A DNA stretch of 64,000 nucleotides from Verrucomicrobiales bacterium (GTDB taxonomy: Bacteria > Verrucomicrobiota > Verrucomicrobiia > Limisphaerales > JAYPXF01), in the NCBI GenBank assembly GCA_002715965.1, contig PBAL01000022.1, positions 14,680-78,679 of the forward strand. The letters run 5' to 3'. Positions 42,170-51,439 of this stretch are shown here, one piece after another; the stretch's first letter is position 1, and every line of letters starts with the position of its first letter. The notes below the pieces were generated by a model. The model had not been told where the DNA came from. It worked only from the letters and a program-made list of their open reading frames with translations, and made no database searches. The translations under genes and the position numbers were made by a program.

Positions 42170-42508
42170 ATGACGGATCGAACAACTGACATTCTTGTAA
42201 ACGGATTCCTGTCCGTAGCTTGTTTCGTATTGGGAGTTGTCATCTGGAGTGAAATCTTCGGGCTCATTTTGGGAGCGCTCGGCCGACCGGGCGGATCATA
42301 TGCGTGGTGGTTTGTGATCAGCGTCAACATCGCGCACTTCTTCTTTGGGATGTTCCATGCGAATGACGATATCGGCACGGGTGCTCCGCACGAACATGTT
42401 GTTGGCCGACTGGATCTGAAGGTCATCATCCACGCCATCAGCATCATCACCATCGGTGGTTCGTCCTACGCCCGCGTCGCCTTGGAAGCGTGCCGAAGCG
42501 GAAAGTAG
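42170..42508 (+). CDS. Small hypothetical membrane protein
   Basis: 112 aa with about three hydrophobic segments. Confidence 0.5.
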   Translation: MTDRTTDILVNGFLSVACFVLGVVIWSEIFGLILGALGRPGGSYAWWFVISVNIAHFFFGMFHANDDIGTGAPHEHVVGRLDLKVIIHAISIITIGGSSYARVALEACRSGK

Positions 42509-42709
42509 ATTCGTGTTCCACTCGCTGTTGTGCGCAGGTCTCCAATCGGATCCCGGGATCCCGGTCGAACGAATTGAGATTCCTCCAACAACAAGAAGTT
42601 TGATCGCCTCATCCAGCTTCGTTGGATTTCGGATTTTGAAGCTTGGAGTTTTCCCTTCCCCACTTTCCCCTTCCGCGCCTTCTGCCTTTTCGCTTCAATG
42701 CGCGCTCGC

Positions 42710-43087
42710 ATGAGCACGACGCATCCGCTCACAACCACCGGCTTTGAACTGGCGAATTATCGAATCAAGAGTTCGTTCGGAGTCGTGCGCGGAATCATCG
42801 TCCGTTCACGCTCGGTGATTGGGAATTTCGCGGCGAGCATCCAGGCTTTCTTCGGCGGGAACATCACGCTCTATACCGAGCTTTGTGAGCGGGCGCGCGA
42901 GGATGCTTTTGATCAGATGCTCGCGCAGGCTGCCGAGTTGGGCGCGAACGCGGTGATCGGCGTGCGTTACGATGCGAACGAAATCGGACCGGGAATCACG
43001 GAAGTGCTTTGCTACGGCACTGCGGTTTTTGTAGAACCAAGCCGCAACGAATCCCGCGCGTCCCTCGCGCCACAAACAAATCAATAG
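42710..43087 (+). CDS. YbjQ/UPF0145 family protein
   Basis: FGVVRG...GGNITLYTELCERARE...LGANAVIGVRYD...YGTAV. Confidence 0.93.
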   Translation: MSTTHPLTTTGFELANYRIKSSFGVVRGIIVRSRSVIGNFAASIQAFFGGNITLYTELCERAREDAFDQMLAQAAELGANAVIGVRYDANEIGPGITEVLCYGTAVFVEPSRNESRASLAPQTNQ

Positions 43088-43089
43088 AC

Positions 43090-43815
43090 ATGGCTGGACA
43101 TAGCAAATGGGCAAACATCAAGCGTGCCAAGGGCGCCAATGACGCCAAGCGTGGAAAGGTTTTTGCAAAGCTGAGCCGCGAGGTGACGATCGCGGCAAGG
43201 GTCGGCGGGGGCGATCCTGACATGAATCCCCGCCTGCGCATGATCCTGCTCAAATGCCGCGCGGCCAACATGCCGAAGGACAACATCGACCGTGCGATCA
43301 ACAAGGGCGCGGGCGGTGATGACGGCACGCAGTATGAGGATCTTATTTACGAAATCTACGGACCGAATGGAGTTGCGATTCTTGCTGAGATCAGCACCGA
43401 TAATCGCAATCGCACAGCCTCCGACATTCGGAGCTACGTCACCAAGTCCGGTGGCAACATTGCCACGGCTGGAGCGGTGACCCGCCTCTTTCAGAAGAAG
43501 GGTCAGATTGTCGTCGCACGTGAAAGCGCTGATGAGGACACTTTGATGGAACTTGCCCTAGAAGCCGGAGCTGAGGACATGAAGTCCGAGCCGGAAGGAT
43601 TCACAATCATTACTGAACCGGATCAGTTCGAAACCGTGAACAAGGCGATCGAGGAGAAGGAGATCAAGGCCGAGGTGGCTGAGATTTCATATATCCCCGA
43701 CATCACGGTTCCATTGGATGATAAGTCTTCGAATGCGGTGACGAACCTCATCGAAAAAATAGAGGATCACGACGATGTGAACTCGGTTTATTCCAACGCG
43801 GAATTTGCCGAGTGA
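43090..43815 (+). CDS. yebC: YebC/PmpR family protein
   Basis: MAGHSKWANIK, NPRLR, TDNRNRT, DDVNSVYSN. Confidence 0.95.
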   Translation: MAGHSKWANIKRAKGANDAKRGKVFAKLSREVTIAARVGGGDPDMNPRLRMILLKCRAANMPKDNIDRAINKGAGGDDGTQYEDLIYEIYGPNGVAILAEISTDNRNRTASDIRSYVTKSGGNIATAGAVTRLFQKKGQIVVARESADEDTLMELALEAGAEDMKSEPEGFTIITEPDQFETVNKAIEEKEIKAEVAEISYIPDITVPLDDKSSNAVTNLIEKIEDHDDVNSVYSNAEFAE

Positions 43816-44301
43816 TCAACTGCCGCCCGCCCGGTCCAATATCGCCGTGGTGGATCGTCCCTCGACACCGGGCAGAATCACGACCTTCCCCCCTTGCTCT
43901 TCGACAAGACGGCGCTCGGGTTGGTTGATGGATTCAAGCGTGTAGTCTCCACCTTTCACGTAGACATCCGGCTTGGCAATCTCAAGCAATCGCAGCGCGT
44001 CCAGCTCCACGAAAACCGTCACCGCCCCAACCGATGCGAGTCCCGCAAGTACGGTTGCGCGATCTGATTCCGGATTTACCGGCCGGCCCTCGCCCTTGAG
44101 TTCGCGCACGGACGCATCCCCATTCAGCCCCACCAACAACACGTCCCCTTCCGCGCTCGCCGCATCGAGATACACCACGTGCCCTGCGTGAAGGATGTCA
44201 AAGCATCCGTTTGTCATCACCACGGACTTGCCCTGTTCCCGCAGGCCCTGTCGCCAGGCGTCCACGTCTTCGAGTTGGAGAATTTTCTCGCTCAGTGCCA
44301 C
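43816..44301 (-). CDS. RfaE domain II-like adenylyltransferase (heptose-1-phosphate adenylyltransferase family)
   Basis: TNGCFDILHAGHV, GLNGDASV, KGGDY, STT. Confidence 0.9.
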   Translation of the reverse strand: MALSEKILQLEDVDAWRQGLREQGKSVVMTNGCFDILHAGHVVYLDAASAEGDVLLVGLNGDASVRELKGEGRPVNPESDRATVLAGLASVGAVTVFVELDALRLLEIAKPDVYVKGGDYTLESINQPERRLVEEQGGKVVILPGVEGRSTTAILDRAGGS

Positions 44302-44434
44302 ATGCGAAGTCTGGGCGAGTCACTGTTCCTATTGAAGCACTTTGTCCACGTTCGCGCCGTGCCCGGCGGACGGACACCAATTCTGAATTGTGCATGCTCT
44401 AGACAGGCGGGTTTTGGGCCCGTGCAACAAGTTT

Positions 44435-44615
44435 GCGGGCGCGATTGCAGGTATTGGAGGGAGGAGTATACCAGTCCGTAGGGGCGAAAATCGGGGGCGA
44501 GTATGATTTGCCCCGTGCTGCTGTGACCAGCCCTCAAACCCCAAAGCGCAAGTTCAAAGGGCTGTAGCTCGATTACGGACTGGTATACTCCTCCCCCCAA
44601 CACCGGCTCGCTTGC
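44435..44615 (-). ncRNA. ssrS: Structured RNA of about 180 nt, most likely 6S RNA
   Basis: 31-bp closing stem 44450-44480/44574-44604 whose two mismatches become G-U pairs on the - strand; central bubble; apical stem cagccctttgaac...gtttgagggctg. Confidence 0.55.
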
Positions 44616-44733
44616 TCCGCCCGGATAGAACCACAACCAAGTTCGCCCTGGCATGACAGCTCGCTTGACAAGAAAGGCGTCCGCTTGATTCATCGCCGAA
44701 TCGGATGGGCGCGGCTGCCCCTCGCGATCGAAC

Positions 44734-45492
44734 GTGGAACCTGCGGAATTACAAAAGAACTGTTTCGGCCATTGCCAGGATTGCGGACGCGAGCATTCAT
44801 TGGGCGAGGGAAACGCCCACGAACATGCCCGTGCCTTGATGGAGGAGTTCCAACGGATTCGCCGCTTGGACTACACGGTGCCCGACAAAGATGCAGATCC
44901 GCGACTGTCTTTCGATCATTTGTTTCCAGGAGAACGCGGGCATATGTTCGGTGTGCTGGAGTGTCGTGACGAAGCGGGAGAGACGGTTGTGCTGCGCGCG
45001 TTCTCATCTTTGCACGATGGAGTGCGCACGGTGGACGGCTGGGTGCCTCCAATTCTCAGTGACGAGGTATTCAACGAGCTGGTGTTGCCGGGACAGATTG
45101 AAATCAAACGTCTTACGCGTGCAATCAACGCTCTGGATCACTCCTCGCAGCAGCGAGCGAAATTGTCGGAGGAACGAAAGAAAATCTCGCAAGGGTTGAT
45201 GCCGGAGATTCATTCGCGTTATCATCTTCGCAACTTTCGTGGTGAAACGAGGTTACTGGAGGACGCATTCATCCGGCCGCACGGCTTGCCCGGCGGTGTT
45301 GGTGACTGTTGCGGACCAAAACTCCTGCAGCACGCGGCAGTCAATGGGTTGGGACCGGTTGGCCTGGCTGAGTTCTACTGGGGTGGCCCTCACAAGAGTG
45401 GAACGCGGCAGCCCGGCAGGTTCTATCCATGCTGCGAAGAAAAGTGTCAGCCGATCCTGGGCTTCATGCTCTGCGGCCTTGAGAATGTTTGA
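44734..45492 (+). CDS. Stand-alone N-terminal (deaminase-like, Cys-rich) domain of the long RluA/TrcP family
   Basis: GHMFGVL...LRAFS...GWVPP...ERKKISQ...GDCCGPKLL...LAEFYWG...FYPCCEEKCQPILGFML. Confidence 0.75.
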   Translation: MEPAELQKNCFGHCQDCGREHSLGEGNAHEHARALMEEFQRIRRLDYTVPDKDADPRLSFDHLFPGERGHMFGVLECRDEAGETVVLRAFSSLHDGVRTVDGWVPPILSDEVFNELVLPGQIEIKRLTRAINALDHSSQQRAKLSEERKKISQGLMPEIHSRYHLRNFRGETRLLEDAFIRPHGLPGGVGDCCGPKLLQHAAVNGLGPVGLAEFYWGGPHKSGTRQPGRFYPCCEEKCQPILGFMLCGLENV

Positions 45493-46129
45493 TCATCTGC
45501 AATTGGAATACGTCCATGAAGAACCGGAGTTCGTCGTGGTCGTCAAGCCGAGCGGCATGCTGTCCGTTCCCGGAAAGGGACCGGAGAAGGCAATCTGTGT
45601 CGCTTCACACGTCATCGAGAAGTTCCCGGACACGATCGATCACCCCTGCGTGCATCGTCTGGACATGGACACGTCCGGATTGATGGTCGTTGCGCGCACG
45701 ACCAAAGCCCATCGTCAAATCTCAGTTCAGTTTCAAAGGCGAGTCATCGGCAAACGTTACGTTGCATTGCTGGATGGTGAATTGGAGAGCGAAAGCGGGA
45801 CGACGCGTCTTCCTTTCAGGGTGGACGTCGATAACCGTCCCCACCAGATCTACGACGAGAAGCATGGCAAGGTCGGAATTACGCACTGGGAAAGACTGGG
45901 CATCGAAGACGGCAAGACGCGCATTTCGTTCACGCCGGTTACCGGTCGTACACATCAACTGCGTGTTCACGCGGCGCATGAACGGGGATTGGGAATTCCG
46001 ATCGTCGGCGATCCGCTATACGGCAATGGCGATGCGCCGGCGCAACTGAAGCTTCACGCGTGTTATCTTAGCTTCAGACACCCGGTGAGCAGTGAGAAAC
46101 TGAAGTTCAATTCTGATCCGCCGTTCTGA
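45485..46129 (+). CDS. RluA-family pseudouridine synthase
   Basis: KPSGMLSVPGKG, VHRLDMDTSG with catalytic Asp, TGRTHQLRVH, GDPLYG; ATG 45485 overlaps the upstream stop by 8 nt. Confidence 0.93.
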   Translation: MFDHLQLEYVHEEPEFVVVVKPSGMLSVPGKGPEKAICVASHVIEKFPDTIDHPCVHRLDMDTSGLMVVARTTKAHRQISVQFQRRVIGKRYVALLDGELESESGTTRLPFRVDVDNRPHQIYDEKHGKVGITHWERLGIEDGKTRISFTPVTGRTHQLRVHAAHERGLGIPIVGDPLYGNGDAPAQLKLHACYLSFRHPVSSEKLKFNSDPPF

Positions 46130-46197
46130 TTGCGCCATCGTCGCGTGGGAGCGGCAGAGTTCGAGTTCATTCTGCCCGCTCACGCTCGCTGCTACGG

Positions 46198-46485
46198 CCG
46201 GGCAAGGCGCCAACCATTCAATTCATCGGCACGCGCCGCGGCTTTGACGCCACGAACGAACCCGTTCGATCCAGGAGTTGGGAAAAGCTGCACTACACCC
46301 ATCGGTACAGCGACGCGGCCGGGCAGGTTTTGCAGGAAGAAAAGGGCACGCAGGCGGTCTACAAATACAATGGCAACGAACTTTACGTCCGCGCGAAGAT
46401 CATCTCCAACAAGCCTCATCCCAATCCGCCCTTTGCGGGCGATGCGGAAACGGCGTGGACACAGCCGGTGATTCCGGGGAAGTAG
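46198..46485 (+). pseudogene. C-terminal remnant of a PHP-like PVC metallohydrolase
   Basis: Hand translation IQFIGTRRGFD...ELYVRAKIISNKPHPNP...AWTQPV-stop with no start codon. Confidence 0.6.
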
Positions 46486-46563
46486 AGTGGATCCAGCAAA
46501 GGCATTCCACCGACAGCAATCCAGCTGCTTGACACTTCGAAATCTTCGGTACTTAAAGGCGCC

Positions 46564-48996
46564 ATGTTCTCCCGGCTGATCGTTCTCGCATTATTCGCCC
46601 TTCCCACCCCGCTCCTCGCAAATCCTGTTTCCGTCTCCGGCAGGGCAGCACTCGCTCTTGGTGCGCTACATCCTGCGATCTCGCCTGACGGGAAACAAAT
46701 CGCGGTTTCGTATCAAGGTTCCATAGGAATCGTGCCGGCAAATGGAGGAACGCTTCAATTACTTACCAAAGGCGCCGGATGGGACCTCCAGCCCACGTGG
46801 TCACCTAACGGCAAATGGATCGCTTATCTGAGCGCACCAAGCTTCAGGATGGGGTCGGTGCACATCATCAACGCCGAGACGGGCGAGGAGAGAGCGATCC
46901 CGAAACGCGTCTCCGCCATGGGAAAGATCCAGTTTCATCCGGATGGAAAGCGAATTGTGGGCAAGCTGATTCATCGAGGCGTTCCGGTGATTCTTGCTTC
47001 GATGGACATCGCCAGTGGAGACGTGAAACAGGTGTCCGGTTACGAGAACGTGTTTGGACGACGACGCGCAACCCATGCGCTTTCGCACGACGGCAAATCC
47101 TTCTTCTTCACCGAGCAGTTTGAGATTGCCGGCGAACAAGGCGGCTTTGACGGCCCGCAGGCCGACGTCTACCGGATACCACTGACCGGTGGAAAACCGG
47201 AGAAACTCTTTCAATGGCCGGCACGCATCTACGGCATGACTTCCACCAAGGATGGCTTGTATCTCGTCACCGATCGAGGCACGGCGCACAACGACATCTG
47301 GTTCATCCCCGGCAAAGAACCCCTTCGTGGAGCGAGGAAGCTCACCTTCGGTATTGCGGACGAAGATGCACCGTCGACGTCCGGTGCACTGCTTGCCTAC
47401 ACCGATAATCGTCACGGCGCCACCACCCTGGTCGTTCAGGATCGCGCAGGAGTCAGGCGTGAGGTTCGAATCAACAAGATCGATTTTGGGACACCGACCA
47501 AGCGGATGATCTTCCGTCTGCCTAAAGGAAAGGACACTGCGACCGAAGCCTGGCGCTATTCCGTGAAGCGCAAGAATGGCAAGTATCACTCACCACCCGG
47601 CAGCATGTATCACATCAGCGCAGGCCTTGGGCACTTTGTTCATCGCGGCGATCTTGAGATTGAACTTCCAGTCGGCGATTACGAAGTGCGGGTTTTCCGC
47701 GGACCGGAATTTCACGCGGACCTGACGAACATCACTCTCTTTGAGAAGGGCAAGACACAGATTTTTCACGGTGCCATCACTCGCTGGATCGACATGCGGA
47801 AGCAGGGTTGGTACTCGGGCGAGAACCACATTCACGCGAACTACGGATACGGATCCTGGTACAACACGCCGCGCTCCATCTTCGACATGTGCGAAGCGGA
47901 AGATCTGCACGTGAACAATCTCGTGGTTGCAAATTCAGACGGGGACGCAGTCTTCGATCGGGAATTCTTCCTGGGCAAACCAGACCCGCTTTCCACCTCC
48001 AACACATTGCTTTGGTGGAACGAGGAATATCGCAGCACCCTGTGGGGACACATGACGCTGTTTCATCTCAAGCAACTGGTTGAACCGATCTTTACGGGCT
48101 TCAAGAACACCACCAATCCCTGGGACATCCCGACCAATGGCGAAGTCGCGCGGCGCACCCGGTTGCAGAACGGTGTCGCCAGCTATACACACCCGACGAA
48201 CAACAAGCAGGATCCCTACGAGCACGCCTATTCGGGCAAGGGGCTGCCGGTGGACGCAGCGCTCGGGCTGATCGATTGCATCGACCTGATGGGCGTGGTT
48301 TACGACAACGCCCTGCCATTCTGGTATCAGTTCCTGAACGCCGGCATTCGTCTTCCTGCTGCGGCCGGCACGGATTGCTTCCTCAACCGGGTCTACATGG
48401 CGCCTCCCGGTTGGGGCCGCGTTTACGTTCACCTGCCGGACGGATTCGATTACGCCGAATGGTGCGAAGGCGTGAAGCAAGGCCGCTCATTCGTAAGCAA
48501 CGGTCCGATGTTGAACTTCACGGCTGAAGGCAAACAACTCGGTGACACGATTCGCCTGAACGCCCCGGGCAAGATCGCGGTGAAAGGGGATGTACGTTCC
48601 AAGTATCCGTTGGAAGCCCTCGAAGTGGTGTTCAATGGCAAGGTCGTCGAAAGCGGCCGTCTCGACGAACAGAATCGAAACGGCATGATCAAAACGGAGA
48701 TTTCCGTGGAAAGCAGCGGCTGGGTTGCGTTGCGGGCCGCCGGCAAACCGGTCCGGTTCTGGCAGGGGCGTTCCCATTCGGCTCACACCAATCCAATCTG
48801 GGTGCATGTCACAGACCGGCCGATGGACACGAGTAAAAGCGCCAGGTATTTCCTCAAGTGGATCGACCGCCTTGAGGCCCATGCGAAGAAACGCGATCGT
48901 GTTCCCGAGGGAGAATGGGCGGACGTCCAAAAGCACCTGGATCTGGCGCGAGCGGTTTACCGGTCGAAGTTGAAGTTCTCTAGTGTGATTCGTTGA
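46564..48996 (+). CDS. CehA/McbA-like PHP metallohydrolase with N-terminal TolB/PD40 repeats
   Basis: PAISPDGK and PTWSPNGK repeats; GWYSGENHIH, NEEYR, YTHP, AGTD, SNGP, AHTNPIW. Confidence 0.85.
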   Translation: MFSRLIVLALFALPTPLLANPVSVSGRAALALGALHPAISPDGKQIAVSYQGSIGIVPANGGTLQLLTKGAGWDLQPTWSPNGKWIAYLSAPSFRMGSVHIINAETGEERAIPKRVSAMGKIQFHPDGKRIVGKLIHRGVPVILASMDIASGDVKQVSGYENVFGRRRATHALSHDGKSFFFTEQFEIAGEQGGFDGPQADVYRIPLTGGKPEKLFQWPARIYGMTSTKDGLYLVTDRGTAHNDIWFIPGKEPLRGARKLTFGIADEDAPSTSGALLAYTDNRHGATTLVVQDRAGVRREVRINKIDFGTPTKRMIFRLPKGKDTATEAWRYSVKRKNGKYHSPPGSMYHISAGLGHFVHRGDLEIELPVGDYEVRVFRGPEFHADLTNITLFEKGKTQIFHGAITRWIDMRKQGWYSGENHIHANYGYGSWYNTPRSIFDMCEAEDLHVNNLVVANSDGDAVFDREFFLGKPDPLSTSNTLLWWNEEYRSTLWGHMTLFHLKQLVEPIFTGFKNTTNPWDIPTNGEVARRTRLQNGVASYTHPTNNKQDPYEHAYSGKGLPVDAALGLIDCIDLMGVVYDNALPFWYQFLNAGIRLPAAAGTDCFLNRVYMAPPGWGRVYVHLPDGFDYAEWCEGVKQGRSFVSNGPMLNFTAEGKQLGDTIRLNAPGKIAVKGDVRSKYPLEALEVVFNGKVVESGRLDEQNRNGMIKTEISVESSGWVALRAAGKPVRFWQGRSHSAHTNPIWVHVTDRPMDTSKSARYFLKWIDRLEAHAKKRDRVPEGEWADVQKHLDLARAVYRSKLKFSSVIR

Positions 48997-49066
48997 GAGG
49001 GCGAAAGCCGTATGGGATTAAATCTGGTGGTAATGGCGACAGAGATCTCAACTGAAACCGAATGTC

Positions 49067-49105
49067 TTCTCCCTCACCCTCAACCCCACTCCCGCCGGGA
49101 GAGGG
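49067..49105. repeat. REP-like palindromic element, copy 2 (inverted)
   Basis: ttctccctcaccctcaaccccactcccgccgggagaggg, between convergent genes. Confidence 0.8.
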
Positions 49106-49156
49106 CTAATTGGAATTTGGAGCTCGGAGGTTGAGGCTTGAAGCTTGGTATCCTGC

Positions 49157-50008
49157 CTACTGCACAAACTCCAATTCCTCAATCGCCGGAACCAATCCCC
49201 GCTCCGCCCCTTTGCTCAGGAACAACCGAATGGCTTCCCGACCGCGTTCTCCGTAGTCACGCGTCCAGTCATTCACATACATCCCGACAAAACGATCGGC
49301 CAAGCCTTCGTCCAATCCGCGGCCGAACTGCAACGCGTATTTCACCGCCTCCTCGCGATGATCGAGGCTGTAGCCGATGCTTTCTTCGAGGATCTTCGAA
49401 ATCACACTTCGTTCCTCCGCAGGAATCTGTTTGTTGATCACGTTGCCGCCGAGCGGGAGCGGCAATCCCTCGTTCTCCGATTTCCACCAAGCGCCGAAGT
49501 CGGCGCAGAGCTGCAGTCCGGCATCTTCGTACGTCAACTGGCCTTCGTGTATGATCAGCCCCACCTCGGCTTCACCACGGTTCACCACATCGAAGATTTC
49601 GTCGAAGGGAACGACGATGTAATCCAATTCATCGGCCTTCGTATCGAGGAAAATTTGAAGGGCCAAAAACGCGCTCGTCATCTTACCCGGCACGGCGATC
49701 CTGCGTTTCGCAATCTCAGCGGATGTGAGCTTCGCCTTCGCTACGAGCATCGGCCCGTAACCGTCACCCATGCTGGCACCGCTGGGCAGCAGGGCATACT
49801 TGTCGGCCACATAGGGGTAGGCATGGATACTGATCGCGGAGATGTCCAACTCCCCGTGCGTGGCGCGCTCATTCAGGGTCTGGATGTCCTGCAGGATATG
49901 CTCAAACTCATACCCGTGCTGAGGGATCAGATCCTTCGCCATCGCGTAAAACATGAACGCGTCGTCCGGATCCGGCGAGTGTCCCAGCTTCAGCTTCCGA
50001 TTTTGCAT
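49157..50008 (-). CDS. mqnD: 1,4-dihydroxy-6-naphthoate synthase (futalosine menaquinone pathway)
   Basis: LGHSPDPDDAFMF, GASMGDGYGP, IIHEGQLTY, PLPLGGN, MYVN. Confidence 0.93.
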   Translation of the reverse strand: MQNRKLKLGHSPDPDDAFMFYAMAKDLIPQHGYEFEHILQDIQTLNERATHGELDISAISIHAYPYVADKYALLPSGASMGDGYGPMLVAKAKLTSAEIAKRRIAVPGKMTSAFLALQIFLDTKADELDYIVVPFDEIFDVVNRGEAEVGLIIHEGQLTYEDAGLQLCADFGAWWKSENEGLPLPLGGNVINKQIPAEERSVISKILEESIGYSLDHREEAVKYALQFGRGLDEGLADRFVGMYVNDWTRDYGERGREAIRLFLSKGAERGLVPAIEELEFVQ

Positions 50009-50175
50009 GCGCGGGACTTAGTGCCTAACGATTCCCTTGTCCAGAGCAACAATGCGGAATATGTCCGGAAACCGCTGTTTGGGGTGAATTCCGCAGTGGA
50101 ATCGCCGGGTCCTTGCCTGACCCGACGTTGGCCGCCGAATACACCGTCAATGGGTTTGGAACCAGAAGACCGGGC

Positions 50176-51428
50176 ATGAAACAACCAATTCTGAATTATT
50201 TCCGGGGAACTGCGCTCGCGTGTTGGGCGCTATTGCAAATTCAATTGAGCGCAGGAGCCGCGCAGCTCGAAGCCACCATTGCCGGCACACCGGCCAATCA
50301 CCAGATCAGCTGGACATCGAAGCTCTCGCACGATCACTCGATCCTGTTGAACGACGACCTGATGACCTGAATCGATTCGGGCATCCTGGCTGCGGGCACG
50401 GGAGGAACCTTGAGCAGTTCGTTCACGGCGAACGTTCCGCAACGTTTATATCAGGTGCGGGAATCTTCGAGCACGGTGAACATTACAGGCCGGAACTACA
50501 GATCCTCAGTCCTGAAAGCGGGATCGCGTCCGGGCTGGAGATGGAATCGGGCGTTCTGCTGACGACAGGCGACCATGCACTTTGGAACGGCGGTGACGAC
50601 GGACCTGACGAAGACTTCGAGGAGAGGGAATGGAATCAACAGGGTGATATCGAGTTGGAGACTCGGATTGCCGGGCAATACACGCGCGAGGCCACTTCGC
50701 TGGAGTTCGATGTATTCTGTCAGAACAGCCAATTGGAGATTCAGTATCAATTCGGTTCCGAGGAATACCCCGAGTTCGTCAATTTCTTCAACGACGGCTT
50801 CATGATGACCGTTGACGGCGTGCTGGTGCCCTTCGTTCCCGACTGCTCGGGGATCGTTGCGGTCAACTCGATCAACGACATTGTTCCAATCAACGATCAT
50901 CTCTATCTCGATGACGACGACGTCATCGATTTCCGGCTTCCCGTCCTGGAGGAAAAGTTGGACGTGCCTCCATCGATGCAGTTTGAGAAATCGCACAATG
51001 TTGATTTGTTGAAGCACGAGTGCGACTGCGCGGAACGGTCTTATAAGAGGCAGTTTCTTCCCGCCGGCTCGCTCGGTCGCGCCCACAAGCACATGGTGAA
51101 GGCCTTGGATGCGCCGGACATTGAGAAGCAGATTCCAAGGCTCGAATGGAACGGAAAACTCTTCGAACTCATCCGCGTGCATTCGGACATGAACAAGAGC
51201 CTGGAGCCACTGCCGAGCTGGAAATTGCTCAAGGCAGAGGCGTTCGAGTGCGTGGTTTCATGGGGCGACCGCGAATGGTGCCACGTCTACGCCAACGGAG
51301 AAAACGGCGTGCTGGAACGGTTCGGGTATCACCTGGAGCAGGATCGCTGGGCTTATGGCACAACGCCTCCGGGCGTCGAGTCCGTGACCCGCCACCTCAC
51401 CGATCCCGAGGCATTGGCAGGCGCGTAA
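50176..51428 (+). pseudogene. Disrupted secreted choice-of-anchor L-like protein fused to an unrelated tail
   Basis: Signal peptide, in-frame TGA at 50368, frameshift, then SGVLLTTG...LEFD...FGSEEYPEFV...NDGF...VAVNSIN and an abrupt switch to VDLLKHECDC. Confidence 0.6.
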
Positions 51429-51439
51429 CGCAGCCTTCA

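Noticed and set aside
44393-44683. RNase P or SRP RNA
   Set aside because: The RNase P GAGGAAAGTCC motif and the SRP GGAA-loop/AGCAG domain IV motif are not present
50368-50370. TGA read as Trp or Sec
   Set aside because: TGA ends many intact genes here (ndk, mdh, pyrF, nuoB) and the same gene also has a frameshift
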